Source: a virus
Lineage: Duplodnaviria; Caudoviricetes
IMG/VR virus record: IMGVR_UViG_3300011434_000022
Location: 1 to 25,112 of that record
Strand: one strand, 5' to 3'
DNA length: 25,112 bases
This document shows, one piece after another, positions 8,906 to 16,919 of the stretch. The first letter of the stretch is position 1; each line of letters begins with the position of its first letter. The notes under the pieces were generated by a model. It was not told the origin of the DNA. It did not search any database and saw nothing but the letters and a program-made list of their open reading frames with translations. Position numbers and translations under genes: made by a program.

Positions 8906-11070
8906 TGGCCACGACCCGCACCCTGCCGACGTTCCGAGCCGCAGCAACGAACAATGACACGGGCACCACAACGCTCGCTGTCAACCTCCCCACCGGTACG
9001 CAGGCAACCGACTGGCTCATCGCGTCGATCGTTGTCCGTGACGACCGAACTGTGACAACGCCGTCCGGGTGGGCGCTCTACATCTCCTACAGCGCGCTGC
9101 CTAACCCCGGGTTCACGCACTACATCTTCGCCCGGGTCGCGGGTGCTGAGACGAGCCCGGTGACGTTCACGGCGGACAGCTCGACGACATGGTCCGGGTC
9201 GATGGTCGCCTTCTCGAACGTCTCGTCGATTCTGATTACCGACGCTGCAGTAGATGGATGGGGCGGACCGGACGCCAGCGGGTTCCTCTCAGCGCCGGTG
9301 TCGCTCACTTCTGGTGAGGCGACCACAGTCGGGGAGGCGCCGACGCTCGCTCTGTACTTCGCTGCGTCGCGTGCCGAGATCACCGTCACATGGACAGCCC
9401 CTTCCGGGTTCACGGAGCGGGTTGACACGTCGCTCGGTTCGACGACTCTGCGGTTCTCGCAGGTTGTCGCTGAGGTGTCCTACGCGACAGCTCCGGTGCC
9501 GTGGAGCGCGACCCCTTCAGGTGTTCACAACAAGGAAGGGTCGGCGTACCTGCTGCTGATCGGGACGACGGCATGGGTGCCCGATGTCAGCGTCGAGAAC
9601 ACGATGTCGCCTCAGTCGGAGATCGTGCCGTTCTACGACGGGTCACACGTCGTGTGGGCCGGGTGGAACGGTGGGGCGCTCGTCGTCGAGGTGAACCTTG
9701 GCGGGTCAGCGTTCCGGCTCAACGACGACGTCTTCGGTCGGCTCAACAGCGCTCGGCTCGGCCCATCAGCCGACGGGTGGGTCGATCTGGGCGCCGACAT
9801 GACTGATTTGGAGATGACGGTCGGCGCGACGCAAGACGATGGTGTCCTGTCCCGGTTCGAGGCTGGCACGCTCAGAGTCGAGCTTGGCAACTGGGATCAG
9901 AAGTTTGACCCGCTCAACGCCGCCGGCCCGTACTACCAGGATCTGCACGTCGGGACGAAGGTACGTGTAGCGGGCACCCAATATCAGTACCTCGTCGACA
10001 CGCACGACCCGGCGCTCGACACGCTCGGAACATCAATGTTCATGCTGTTCGTTGGGCGTATCGTCGACTTCACAGCGGACGGCTACGCCGACGAAGACCC
10101 TCGGGTGACGTTCTACGTCGAGGATGCCGTCTCGGAGTTCGTCGCCTACGACGCCGCTGAGCAGGACCCTGTGGGCGCCGGCGATGACCTCCTGGAACGC
10201 ATCGAGAGGATCACTGAGGGCATGTCGTGGGACGGGATCGTCGGCGCTGATGATCCGCACCCGGAGTGGCCGGACTGGGCGACGTTCCAAGCGACGACGA
10301 TGGCGCAACCGGCGTGGACCGAGATGCTTCTCACTTGCGACGCGGCTAACACCATCCCGGTTGTCCGTGGTGATGGTGTGCTGGTCATCGAGCCCAGTTC
10401 GCCGGACACGTCGATTTATGGGCTTGTTCCGTTCGGCGATCCCGACGGCGACATGGTCGGCCTCGACTCAGCTGACCTCGCTTACGGCATTGAGCAGGTG
10501 AAGAACATCATCGACGCCGCGCAGGTTGGCGGTTCGGTGCAACGGTTCATCGATTCGACCTCGGCAGCTCCGGGCAGGTACGGGCCGAGGGCGTGGAAGC
10601 GCACTGATCTGCCGTTGCAAACCGATGAGCAGGTCGCCCGGTTCGGCACGTTCGTTCTCAACCATTCCAGCGAGGCTGCGCCGCGGATCACAGCCATGTC
10701 GGTCACACCACAGGTGTACGGCTTCGACCCGTACCACGATCAGCAAACCTACCTGTTCGGCGTGCCGTCCGGTGGGCCGGTCGGTCTGCCTGTGTGGTGG
10801 ACGCTCAACCGGATGGTGGCGCTACGTCATGATCCGTTCACGATTTGTGAGGTGTCGTTCATCCATCCGCACACCGGGTCGATCGTTTCGCAGCGGGTGA
10901 TGGTGCGAGGCGCTTCGGTTGTCATCAATGATGACGTTTGGGAGTTCCGGTTCACCACAACGAATGTCGATTCGTGGTTCGACATTTGGACCCTCGCTGA
11001 TCCGTCCGATTCGCTCGAGGACGCCGAGCTGTCCCGACTTTCCCGCGGGCACCGGCTCGCGGCTGCCTAA
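8905..11070 (+). CDS. Minor tail (hub/tip) protein with extra N-terminal ~220-aa Thr/Ser-rich domain
   Basis: Immediately after TMP; RFEAGTLRVELGNWDQKFDPLNAAGPYY segment typical of actinophage tail-tip proteins. Confidence 0.7.
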   Translation: MATTRTLPTFRAAATNNDTGTTTLAVNLPTGTQATDWLIASIVVRDDRTVTTPSGWALYISYSALPNPGFTHYIFARVAGAETSPVTFTADSSTTWSGSMVAFSNVSSILITDAAVDGWGGPDASGFLSAPVSLTSGEATTVGEAPTLALYFAASRAEITVTWTAPSGFTERVDTSLGSTTLRFSQVVAEVSYATAPVPWSATPSGVHNKEGSAYLLLIGTTAWVPDVSVENTMSPQSEIVPFYDGSHVVWAGWNGGALVVEVNLGGSAFRLNDDVFGRLNSARLGPSADGWVDLGADMTDLEMTVGATQDDGVLSRFEAGTLRVELGNWDQKFDPLNAAGPYYQDLHVGTKVRVAGTQYQYLVDTHDPALDTLGTSMFMLFVGRIVDFTADGYADEDPRVTFYVEDAVSEFVAYDAAEQDPVGAGDDLLERIERITEGMSWDGIVGADDPHPEWPDWATFQATTMAQPAWTEMLLTCDAANTIPVVRGDGVLVIEPSSPDTSIYGLVPFGDPDGDMVGLDSADLAYGIEQVKNIIDAAQVGGSVQRFIDSTSAAPGRYGPRAWKRTDLPLQTDEQVARFGTFVLNHSSEAAPRITAMSVTPQVYGFDPYHDQQTYLFGVPSGGPVGLPVWWTLNRMVALRHDPFTICEVSFIHPHTGSIVSQRVMVRGASVVINDDVWEFRFTTTNVDSWFDIWTLADPSDSLEDAELSRLSRGHRLAAA

Positions 11071-11082
11071 GGAGGCACTTGA

Positions 11083-11706
11083 ATGCCGTTCAAGGTTTGG
11101 GTGCCAGGCGAACGAGTCGATGCTGACGCGCTGCAAGAGAACATTCAGGATCAGGTGGTTGCCGTGTTCGCGTCGACAGCGGCTCGTGACGCGGCGATCA
11201 CCTCGCCGGCTGAGGGGATGACATGCAAGGTCACTGGCGACGATCGGGAGTACACGTACACGGGGAGCGCGTGGACGATCACCGGGTGGCATGCCGCGGC
11301 TGGGCGTGTCGGCGGGTCATGGTCGCGAGGAGCGGCCCAGTCGATTCCTGACGCGGCGAACACCAATGTGTCGTGGGATACGGAGGCTTTCGACTCGGGC
11401 GGGTTCCTCGCTCATCATGCGACGACCGGTACGACGTTCACTGTCCCATCAGGGTCGGGTGGGGTGTACGGGTGGGGTGTGGCCCTGGTCATGGCGGCAT
11501 CCCCGACGATCGGGGTTCTCAGAGTGATGAGGAACACATCGGAGGTGTTGGCTGCCACCAACATCGACGCGTTCGCGGCTTTCAGTGTCGGCGGCACGGT
11601 TCCTTTAGGTGCAGGCGACACGATCGTCTCGGTCGTCTACCAAGATTCGGCAGGAGCGATCAACCTCAACTCGGGGACGTTCCACATCTATCGGATAGGG
11701 CTCTGA
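11083..11706 (+). CDS. Tail fibre / receptor-binding protein with C1q-like C-terminal domain
   Basis: AAGGAGG SD; N-terminal FASTAARDAAITSPAEG..YTGSAW; C-terminal FTVPSGSGGVY..LGAGDTI..VYQDS. Confidence 0.7.
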   Translation: MPFKVWVPGERVDADALQENIQDQVVAVFASTAARDAAITSPAEGMTCKVTGDDREYTYTGSAWTITGWHAAAGRVGGSWSRGAAQSIPDAANTNVSWDTEAFDSGGFLAHHATTGTTFTVPSGSGGVYGWGVALVMAASPTIGVLRVMRNTSEVLAATNIDAFAAFSVGGTVPLGAGDTIVSVVYQDSAGAINLNSGTFHIYRIGL

Positions 11707-11712
11707 TGGGCG

Positions 11713-13206
11713 ATGCCTAGGCTCGACGGGGTTGATATCTCAGCAGCGCAGACCATCTCCGACTCGACGCTCATCCCACCGCTGCGGTTCATGATGATCC
11801 AAGTCGGTGCCTCGTGGGAAGGCAACCGGGCGTTAGGTGTGAAGCGCACCAACTCGAAGCTTGCCAGCCAGGTGGCCGTTGCCCGGGCTCGTGGCTTCCC
11901 GGTCATTTGGTACATCGTCTTTGTCGGGGCGAACGGGGGGACGCTCGACGCACAGCTTGATCACTGGTTAGGTGTCATCGCCGCTGTCGGCGGGTTTGGC
12001 CCGCATGACGGGATGATGTTCGACAACGAGTACAAGGAAGCCCGGTCGCATGGCCGTCCGGCGATGAACGCCGCGATGGATCGTGCCCGGTCTTTGATCG
12101 GCCGGGCGACGGTGCTCGATTACGACTACGTCGACGGGTTGAAGCAGTCGCCGTCGTGGACTGTGAAGTGGTGCCCGTACTGGGGATCGAACCCGGGCAG
12201 CGAATCGATGCGAGCACTCATGATGGACCGGTTCGCCGTTGTCGGTCCTGGCGGGTGGCAGTGGGCTGGCGACACGGGACGATGCCCTGGGTTCTCTGGC
12301 AACGTCGACTGCAACGAGATCATCGATCAGGCGGCGTTCAACGCTGCTACCGGAGGCGACATGGCACTCGACTACAGGACGAAAGCCGAGTGGGGGGGGA
12401 AGCCTCCGCTGTGGGACGCGGGTGATCAACCGACGAACGCCGAGTATGTCGTGATCCATCATGTGGGCGCCGATCACAACCCGGCAGCGCTCGACACGGT
12501 CGGTGAGACAGACCAGTACATGCGGAACTTGCAGTCGTACGCGCAACGGCCAAAGGATCAGGGTGGCAAAGGCTATTCGGACATCGATTACAACATCGGT
12601 GTGTCACCGCTCGGCGACGCCTATGAGATGCGCGGCTGGTACGAGAAGTCCGGCGCGACGCTCGACCTCAACCACAAGTCCTACTCGGTGCTCGTCATCG
12701 GCGGGTACACGCACAACAAGCTAACCGTCAAGCAGCGGCAACGTGTCGCCGATGTGATCGTCGACGGGATCGCTCGTGGCCGGCTGCGGACCGGCGTGAA
12801 GATCATCGGGCATCGCGACAACCCGGCCCACCCGGGTGCGACGTCGTGTCCTGGTGACGCGGCGTACGCCGAGATCCCATGGATTCGCACCGAGGTCGCC
12901 CGCCAACTCGCCATCATCGACAACCCACCCCCACCCCCGGAGGAAGAAGACATGACAGCAGACCAGGCCGCCCAGCTCGACGCCATCTTCAAGGCGTTCG
13001 CGCCAGGAGCACCACAACAGAACCCGGATACACGCGCCTGGTACATGATCGCGAACACTCACCAGGTCGCGTTGCCCGCTCTTGACGGAGCTATCGCCGC
13101 GCTTGCCGAGCAGGTAGCGGAGCTCGCCGCGAAGGTTGATGCGCTCGAGCCCGGGTCAGGTACTCCGGTCGTGTTCCCCAACTATGGGCCGTTGCCGGCT
13201 GCTTGA
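11713..13206 (+). CDS. Endolysin: GH25-like muramidase + amidase_2 (PGRP-like) + C-terminal coiled segment
   Basis: DGVDIS, FDNE and WQW..VDCN (GH25-like); VVIHH, YSDIDYN..YEMRGW and IIGHRD..TSCPG (Zn amidase). Confidence 0.88.
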   Translation: MPRLDGVDISAAQTISDSTLIPPLRFMMIQVGASWEGNRALGVKRTNSKLASQVAVARARGFPVIWYIVFVGANGGTLDAQLDHWLGVIAAVGGFGPHDGMMFDNEYKEARSHGRPAMNAAMDRARSLIGRATVLDYDYVDGLKQSPSWTVKWCPYWGSNPGSESMRALMMDRFAVVGPGGWQWAGDTGRCPGFSGNVDCNEIIDQAAFNAATGGDMALDYRTKAEWGGKPPLWDAGDQPTNAEYVVIHHVGADHNPAALDTVGETDQYMRNLQSYAQRPKDQGGKGYSDIDYNIGVSPLGDAYEMRGWYEKSGATLDLNHKSYSVLVIGGYTHNKLTVKQRQRVADVIVDGIARGRLRTGVKIIGHRDNPAHPGATSCPGDAAYAEIPWIRTEVARQLAIIDNPPPPPEEEDMTADQAAQLDAIFKAFAPGAPQQNPDTRAWYMIANTHQVALPALDGAIAALAEQVAELAAKVDALEPGSGTPVVFPNYGPLPAA

Positions 13207-13208
13207 CC

Positions 13209-13346
13209 ATGTTCGCCATGACCGCCGTCGAGATTCTGACGATCGTCTCGATCTGTGTAGGGCTCACCGTCATAGGCGGTGATCACAGCGGTGCGCTCGC
13301 TGATCATGACCGGCGCCTCCGCAAGTTAGAAGAGGGAGGGGGTTAG
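13209..13346 (+). CDS. 45-aa single-TM protein (MFAMTAVEILTIVSICVGLTVIGG...DHDRRLRKLEEGGG)
   Basis: Manually translated; fills the gap between lysin and next gene; hydrophobic N-terminus and charged tail. Confidence 0.55.
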   Translation: MFAMTAVEILTIVSICVGLTVIGGDHSGALADHDRRLRKLEEGGG

Positions 13347-14024
13347 ATGGCACGCACTCTTCCTCCTCCCCTTCCTACCGTCGGGCTCGGGGTCGACGCG
13401 TACGGCCAGCCGGTCATCGACCCGACCGCCAACGTCATCGCGATCATCGAAGCGGCGATCAAACGGCAGGACGATCTACGGGAGGCGGAGTCTCGCCATG
13501 TGCGGGAAGTAGCCAAGCTGCGCGCCGAGTACAGCATGGAGCTGCGAGCTTCGGAAGCGGCCCGACTCGACGCGATCCGCAAGGTCGACAACGAGGCGGT
13601 CATCCGAGCGGCCGAGGTGCAGGCGCAGCAGGCGCAGATTCTTGCTTCTCAGGTCACCACGTCGGCCGAGACGCTTCGCAACGCGGCGGCGGCTCAGACG
13701 GCGGCTCAGACGATCGCTCTCAACGCTGCGCTCGAACCGATCCAGAAGCGCATAGACGACCTGACCCGCACCCAGTACGAAGCACAAGGACAGAAGACCC
13801 AAGTGATCGAGACTCGGGCGACGTCGGAGGATTTCCGGCCCATCCTCGACGCCCTCGCCCGTCTGGAAGCGCAACGCCAGCAGGACGTCGGAGTCAAGGC
13901 TCAGGTGGTCGAGCAGCGAGCGGTAAGCGGAGCGTTCTATGCCGCGGCCGGGTTCGTCGTCGCGCTCGTCGTCGCCCTGTTCGTCATTGCCGGGGTAGTC
14001 CTAGCGAACACGGTGGGTGGCTGA
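13347..14024 (+). CDS. Coiled-coil protein with C-terminal TM helix (lysis-cassette membrane protein)
   Basis: GGAGG SD; long helical region, internal duplication, hydrophobic FYAAAGFVVALVVALFVIAGVVL. Confidence 0.8.
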   Translation: MARTLPPPLPTVGLGVDAYGQPVIDPTANVIAIIEAAIKRQDDLREAESRHVREVAKLRAEYSMELRASEAARLDAIRKVDNEAVIRAAEVQAQQAQILASQVTTSAETLRNAAAAQTAAQTIALNAALEPIQKRIDDLTRTQYEAQGQKTQVIETRATSEDFRPILDALARLEAQRQQDVGVKAQVVEQRAVSGAFYAAAGFVVALVVALFVIAGVVLANTVGG

Positions 14025-14122
14025 TGCCTGCCTGGGTTGGCCTGTCGTTCATCGTGATACTCGCCGCCGTCGTCATCGCCGCTGTGATCTACGCCGCCCG
14101 TCACAACAGAGGAGCATCATGA
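14024..14122 (+). CDS. 32-aa single-TM peptide (MPAWVGLSFIVILAAVVIAAVIYAARHNRGAS)
   Basis: TGATG coupling upstream and ATGA coupling downstream; clear TM helix. Confidence 0.6.
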   Translation: MPAWVGLSFIVILAAVVIAAVIYAARHNRGAS

Positions 14123-14241
14123 ACCTTCGAAGCCTGCTCGTCATCCTGGCCGTCGTCGCCCTGGCCCTCGTGATCATCATCCTGTGGGTCAACTTCGTTG
14201 ACCTCAACGTCGGCGAAACAATGGCGGTGCTCACCTCATGA
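14119..14241 (+). CDS. 40-aa single-TM peptide (MNLRSLLVILAVVALALVIIILWVNF...)
   Basis: AGAGGAG SD, ATGA overlaps at both ends. Confidence 0.65.
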   Translation: MNLRSLLVILAVVALALVIIILWVNFVDLNVGETMAVLTS

Positions 14242-14366
14242 ACGACCGCTACTTCTTGGCGCTCGGCTGGATCGGACTCGCACTGGCCGTCACCGTCGAA
14301 GCGTTCGACCGTGGGTGGCTGTGGGTGCGCCGCGAGCTCCGCATGTTGTGGGAGTTGCGGCCGTGA
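14238..14366 (+). CDS. 42-aa membrane peptide (MNDRYFLALGWIGLALAVTVEAFDRGWLWVRRELRMLWELRP)
   Basis: ATGA/GTGA coupling, GC3-rich codons. Confidence 0.55.
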   Translation: MNDRYFLALGWIGLALAVTVEAFDRGWLWVRRELRMLWELRP

Positions 14367-14572
14367 CACTGACCGAGGCGTACGGCCCACCGTGGGAAGG
14401 TCTGAGCCCGCTCGTGGCGTTCACCTATTGCCTGCGGCAGGTGTGGCGGGAAACGCCGGCAGGGACTGTTGTGGACGGTGACGCCGACGTTGTGCCGAAG
14501 GGTTCGTGGGAGTTTTGGCCGAGGATGCCGCTGTTCGCCTCGTCGCCTTATGTGACGGTGTGGCAGCCGTGA
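14363..14572 (+). CDS. Hypothetical Trp/Pro-rich protein (69 aa)
   Basis: GTGA coupling, GGGAG upstream, GC3-rich codons. Confidence 0.45.
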   Translation: MTLTEAYGPPWEGLSPLVAFTYCLRQVWRETPAGTVVDGDADVVPKGSWEFWPRMPLFASSPYVTVWQP

Positions 14573-14605
14573 CCATGAAGACCCGTCTGCGGGTGGCACG
14601 ACGAG

Positions 14606-14719
14606 ATGCCGGAACCCGTCGAGATCCCGCTTCTCTACATGGGTGGTTACGACCATTCGGCTGAGGATCGGGCGTTCAACGAGAACCTGCTACCCGACTT
14701 CTACAAGCCGCCAGCCTGA
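14606..14719 (+). CDS. Hypothetical 37-aa peptide (MPEPVEIPLLYMGGYDHS...), possibly a fragment of the previous gene
   Basis: Same frame as 14363..14572, GC3-rich, no clear SD. Confidence 0.3.
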   Translation: MPEPVEIPLLYMGGYDHSAEDRAFNENLLPDFYKPPA

Positions 14720-14721
14720 TC

Positions 14722-14761
14722 GTGGCGGGACCGGTCCCCGCACTCAACCCGGTCCCGCCAC
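14722..14761 (+). promoter_or_regulatory. 13-bp stem-loop upstream of holin
   Basis: GTGGCGGGACCGG (14722-14734) pairs with CCGGTCCCGCCAC (14749-14761); no U-tract. Confidence 0.6.
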
Positions 14762-14787
14762 CCAACCCCCCAAACCCAAGGAGCAAC

Positions 14788-14973
14788 ATGAGCAACGTAA
14801 CCAAGTACCTGAAATCGATCATCCCGGGCGTGCTGACCGTCGTCTACGCCGTGCAAGCCGCGATCGAGGACGGCGACATGACCAGTACCGAGTGGCGCAA
14901 CGTCGGCCTGCTCGCACTCACCACGTTCCTCATCTATTTCGTGCCGAACAAGCCGGCCACCCCGCCGGCATGA
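14788..14973 (+). CDS. Holin-like protein (61 aa, 2 TM)
   Basis: AAGGAG SD; KYLKSII...DGDMTSTEW...IYFVPN pattern of small actinophage holins. Confidence 0.7.
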   Translation: MSNVTKYLKSIIPGVLTVVYAVQAAIEDGDMTSTEWRNVGLLALTTFLIYFVPNKPATPPA

Positions 14974-15395
14974 GGCGCCGACTACTCGTCGCGCTCGTCG
15001 CCCTCGTCGGCCTCTCGGCGTTGATCGTCCCCGGCGCTGCACCGGCTGGCGCCTACTCGCGGCAGTTCTACCAGTACGCCACGCCGCCTTGTAACAGCTA
15101 CGTCACGTTCGAAGCGGGCTCCCATTACGCCGCCGCGGATCCTGTGTCCGGCTGTTACCTCGTCGGGGTTCGCCTCTACTTCCGTACGTCGTCCGGGGTG
15201 AACACGTCAACCGGATGGGTGTGGCGATACAACGGGGCGACTGCTGCAGCGTCGTTCAGTGTTGGCACCTCACAGAAAGCCGTGTTCGCGATCCAATCGA
15301 ACTGGCATAAGCAGACGACGGGCGGTGGGATCATCTACCTCACCTGCTACCCGGCCTCGAGTTCGTCGGGTGCCTGCCAGTACGGGTGGCAGTGA
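14970..15395 (+). CDS. Secreted protein, 141 aa, 4 Cys
   Basis: MRRRLLVALVALVGLSALIVPGAAPAGA signal peptide; ATGA-coupled to holin. Confidence 0.75.
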   Translation: MRRRLLVALVALVGLSALIVPGAAPAGAYSRQFYQYATPPCNSYVTFEAGSHYAAADPVSGCYLVGVRLYFRTSSGVNTSTGWVWRYNGATAAASFSVGTSQKAVFAIQSNWHKQTTGGGIIYLTCYPASSSSGACQYGWQ

Positions 15396-15904
15396 TGCGA
15401 CGTCTCCTTGTCGCCGCTGTCGTCCTCTCGTCGGTCGGCATGTTCGCCACGCCAGCCGACGCGAAGCCGAACACGGCTCCGCTGCCTGGCATGACCCGAG
15501 CCGAGCTCGACGCGCACCGCGCCGCGGCGATCGCCGACGCCAACGGCACCGGCGTCGGATCGTCGACCGGCACGACCACGCAGGCGACCACGATGGCGGT
15601 GACCGGGTGGATCAACATCTCGGCCAGCCAAGGGTCGATCAACTGTGTGATCCACGCCCGCCAACTCGGGTCGAACCTGTGGCAAACCAAGATGGCAGCC
15701 GGTGCGTGCAAGTCGATCTACATCGAGACGTACCGGTACGGATCCGACCTGATGTGTGACCTCGACTTCCGCATCCCGGCGAAGCTCGGCTATGTCCACG
15801 AGAGCCGTTGTGCGTTGAAGATCTGTTACATCTACGTCTACTGGCGTGACAGTGCGAACGTGTTCCGCGACGTCGTCTTCTGGGACGGCGGAAGCCAGTT
15901 CTGA
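15395..15904 (+). CDS. Secreted protein, 169 aa, 5 Cys
   Basis: MRRLLVAAVVLSSVGMFATPADA signal peptide; TGATG coupling. Confidence 0.75.
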   Translation: MRRLLVAAVVLSSVGMFATPADAKPNTAPLPGMTRAELDAHRAAAIADANGTGVGSSTGTTTQATTMAVTGWINISASQGSINCVIHARQLGSNLWQTKMAAGACKSIYIETYRYGSDLMCDLDFRIPAKLGYVHESRCALKICYIYVYWRDSANVFRDVVFWDGGSQF

Positions 15905-15938
15905 TGTCTCCCACCCACAGCAACGAAAGGTAAACCCC

Positions 15939-16313
15939 ATGTCCTTCTCGAACTATCTCGAGGATGCCCTGATGAACCACATCAGGCCCGGAGGTGCGAC
16001 ACTCACCCAAGCAGCGAACCTGTACATCAAGCTGCACACCGGCGACCCCGGCGAGGACGGCACCGCGGCCGCGTCTGCGGAGACGCTTCGTAAGGTGATC
16101 TCGTTCGGTGCGTCGTCTGGTGGGGTGATCACCTCGACCGGGACGATCAGCTGGACGGCCTGGTCGGCCGGTTCGGAAACGATCTCCCACATCTCGGTGT
16201 GGGACAACCTCACCGCTGGGAACTGTTACGGCTCGGGGGCGCTCGCCGCTTCCCAGGCGATCGTCAACGGCAACCAGCTTGACCTGACCGCCGTCACCCT
16301 CACGCAGACCTGA
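15939..16313 (+). CDS. Phage fibre-associated structural protein (124 aa)
   Basis: GAAAGGT SD; MSFSNYLEDALMNH..LYIKLHTGDPGEDG..VWDNLTAGN, a common small virion-protein pattern. Confidence 0.7.
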   Translation: MSFSNYLEDALMNHIRPGGATLTQAANLYIKLHTGDPGEDGTAAASAETLRKVISFGASSGGVITSTGTISWTAWSAGSETISHISVWDNLTAGNCYGSGALAASQAIVNGNQLDLTAVTLTQT

Positions 16314-16315
16314 TC

Positions 16316-16918
16316 ATGGCTATCACGCAGATCACCATCGTCGGTGGGGCGGGTGATGAGGACTACGACATCCACGCCGAGAGTGTCACGATCTCCGGGA
16401 ATGCCGGCGTCGTGCAACCGACGTGGCTCATCACCCGCGCCCGATCCACCTGGTATGACCTCGTCACCCAAGCGTCGGCCATCGCGGCGCTCGACCAGCT
16501 CTGCGACGAGGTCGAGCTCACCGGCATGGCGCTTGTCGCTAACGGTTCCGGTGTCCTACAGAACATCGTTCTCACGTCGAACATCTTGACGATCATCGCT
16601 GCGGAGCTGTGGCTGTACCAGATCAACCCGACACCGGCCGGGACGAACGCCGTGCACAACCTGTCGGACGCCAACAACGAAGCGGCCCGGCCGATGGGTG
16701 TCATCGACTTCAACTCGTGGCGCACCACCACAGACAACATGCAGTCATCCGGCACCTACCAGGGTGCACCGTTGGCGACCGGTCCCGGGCTTTCCTACCA
16801 GTGTCTCGACGGGACCGCCACCACAAGCATTTGGGGGATCCTCATGACCCGCACCGCCGTCACCCCCGGCGCGACGACTGACTACAACCTTATGGTTACG
16901 CACTCCCCGGGGATCTGA
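16316..16918 (+). CDS. Probable virion structural beta-sandwich protein
   Basis: GSGVLQNIVL..ELWLY..IWGILMTRTAVTP pattern; context among fibre-like genes. Confidence 0.55.
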   Translation: MAITQITIVGGAGDEDYDIHAESVTISGNAGVVQPTWLITRARSTWYDLVTQASAIAALDQLCDEVELTGMALVANGSGVLQNIVLTSNILTIIAAELWLYQINPTPAGTNAVHNLSDANNEAARPMGVIDFNSWRTTTDNMQSSGTYQGAPLATGPGLSYQCLDGTATTSIWGILMTRTAVTPGATTDYNLMVTHSPGI

Positions 16919-16919
16919 C

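Noticed and set aside
12392-12399. G8 tract in the endolysin (and G7 at 19567-19573 in int) as phase-variation sites
   Set aside because: Short tracts encoding Trp-Gly-Gly or Pro-Pro in high-GC DNA; both frames are intact.
14643-14969. N-terminal extension of ORF 14643..15395
   Set aside because: Overlaps the hairpin and holin; the signal peptide begins at the coupled ATG 14970.
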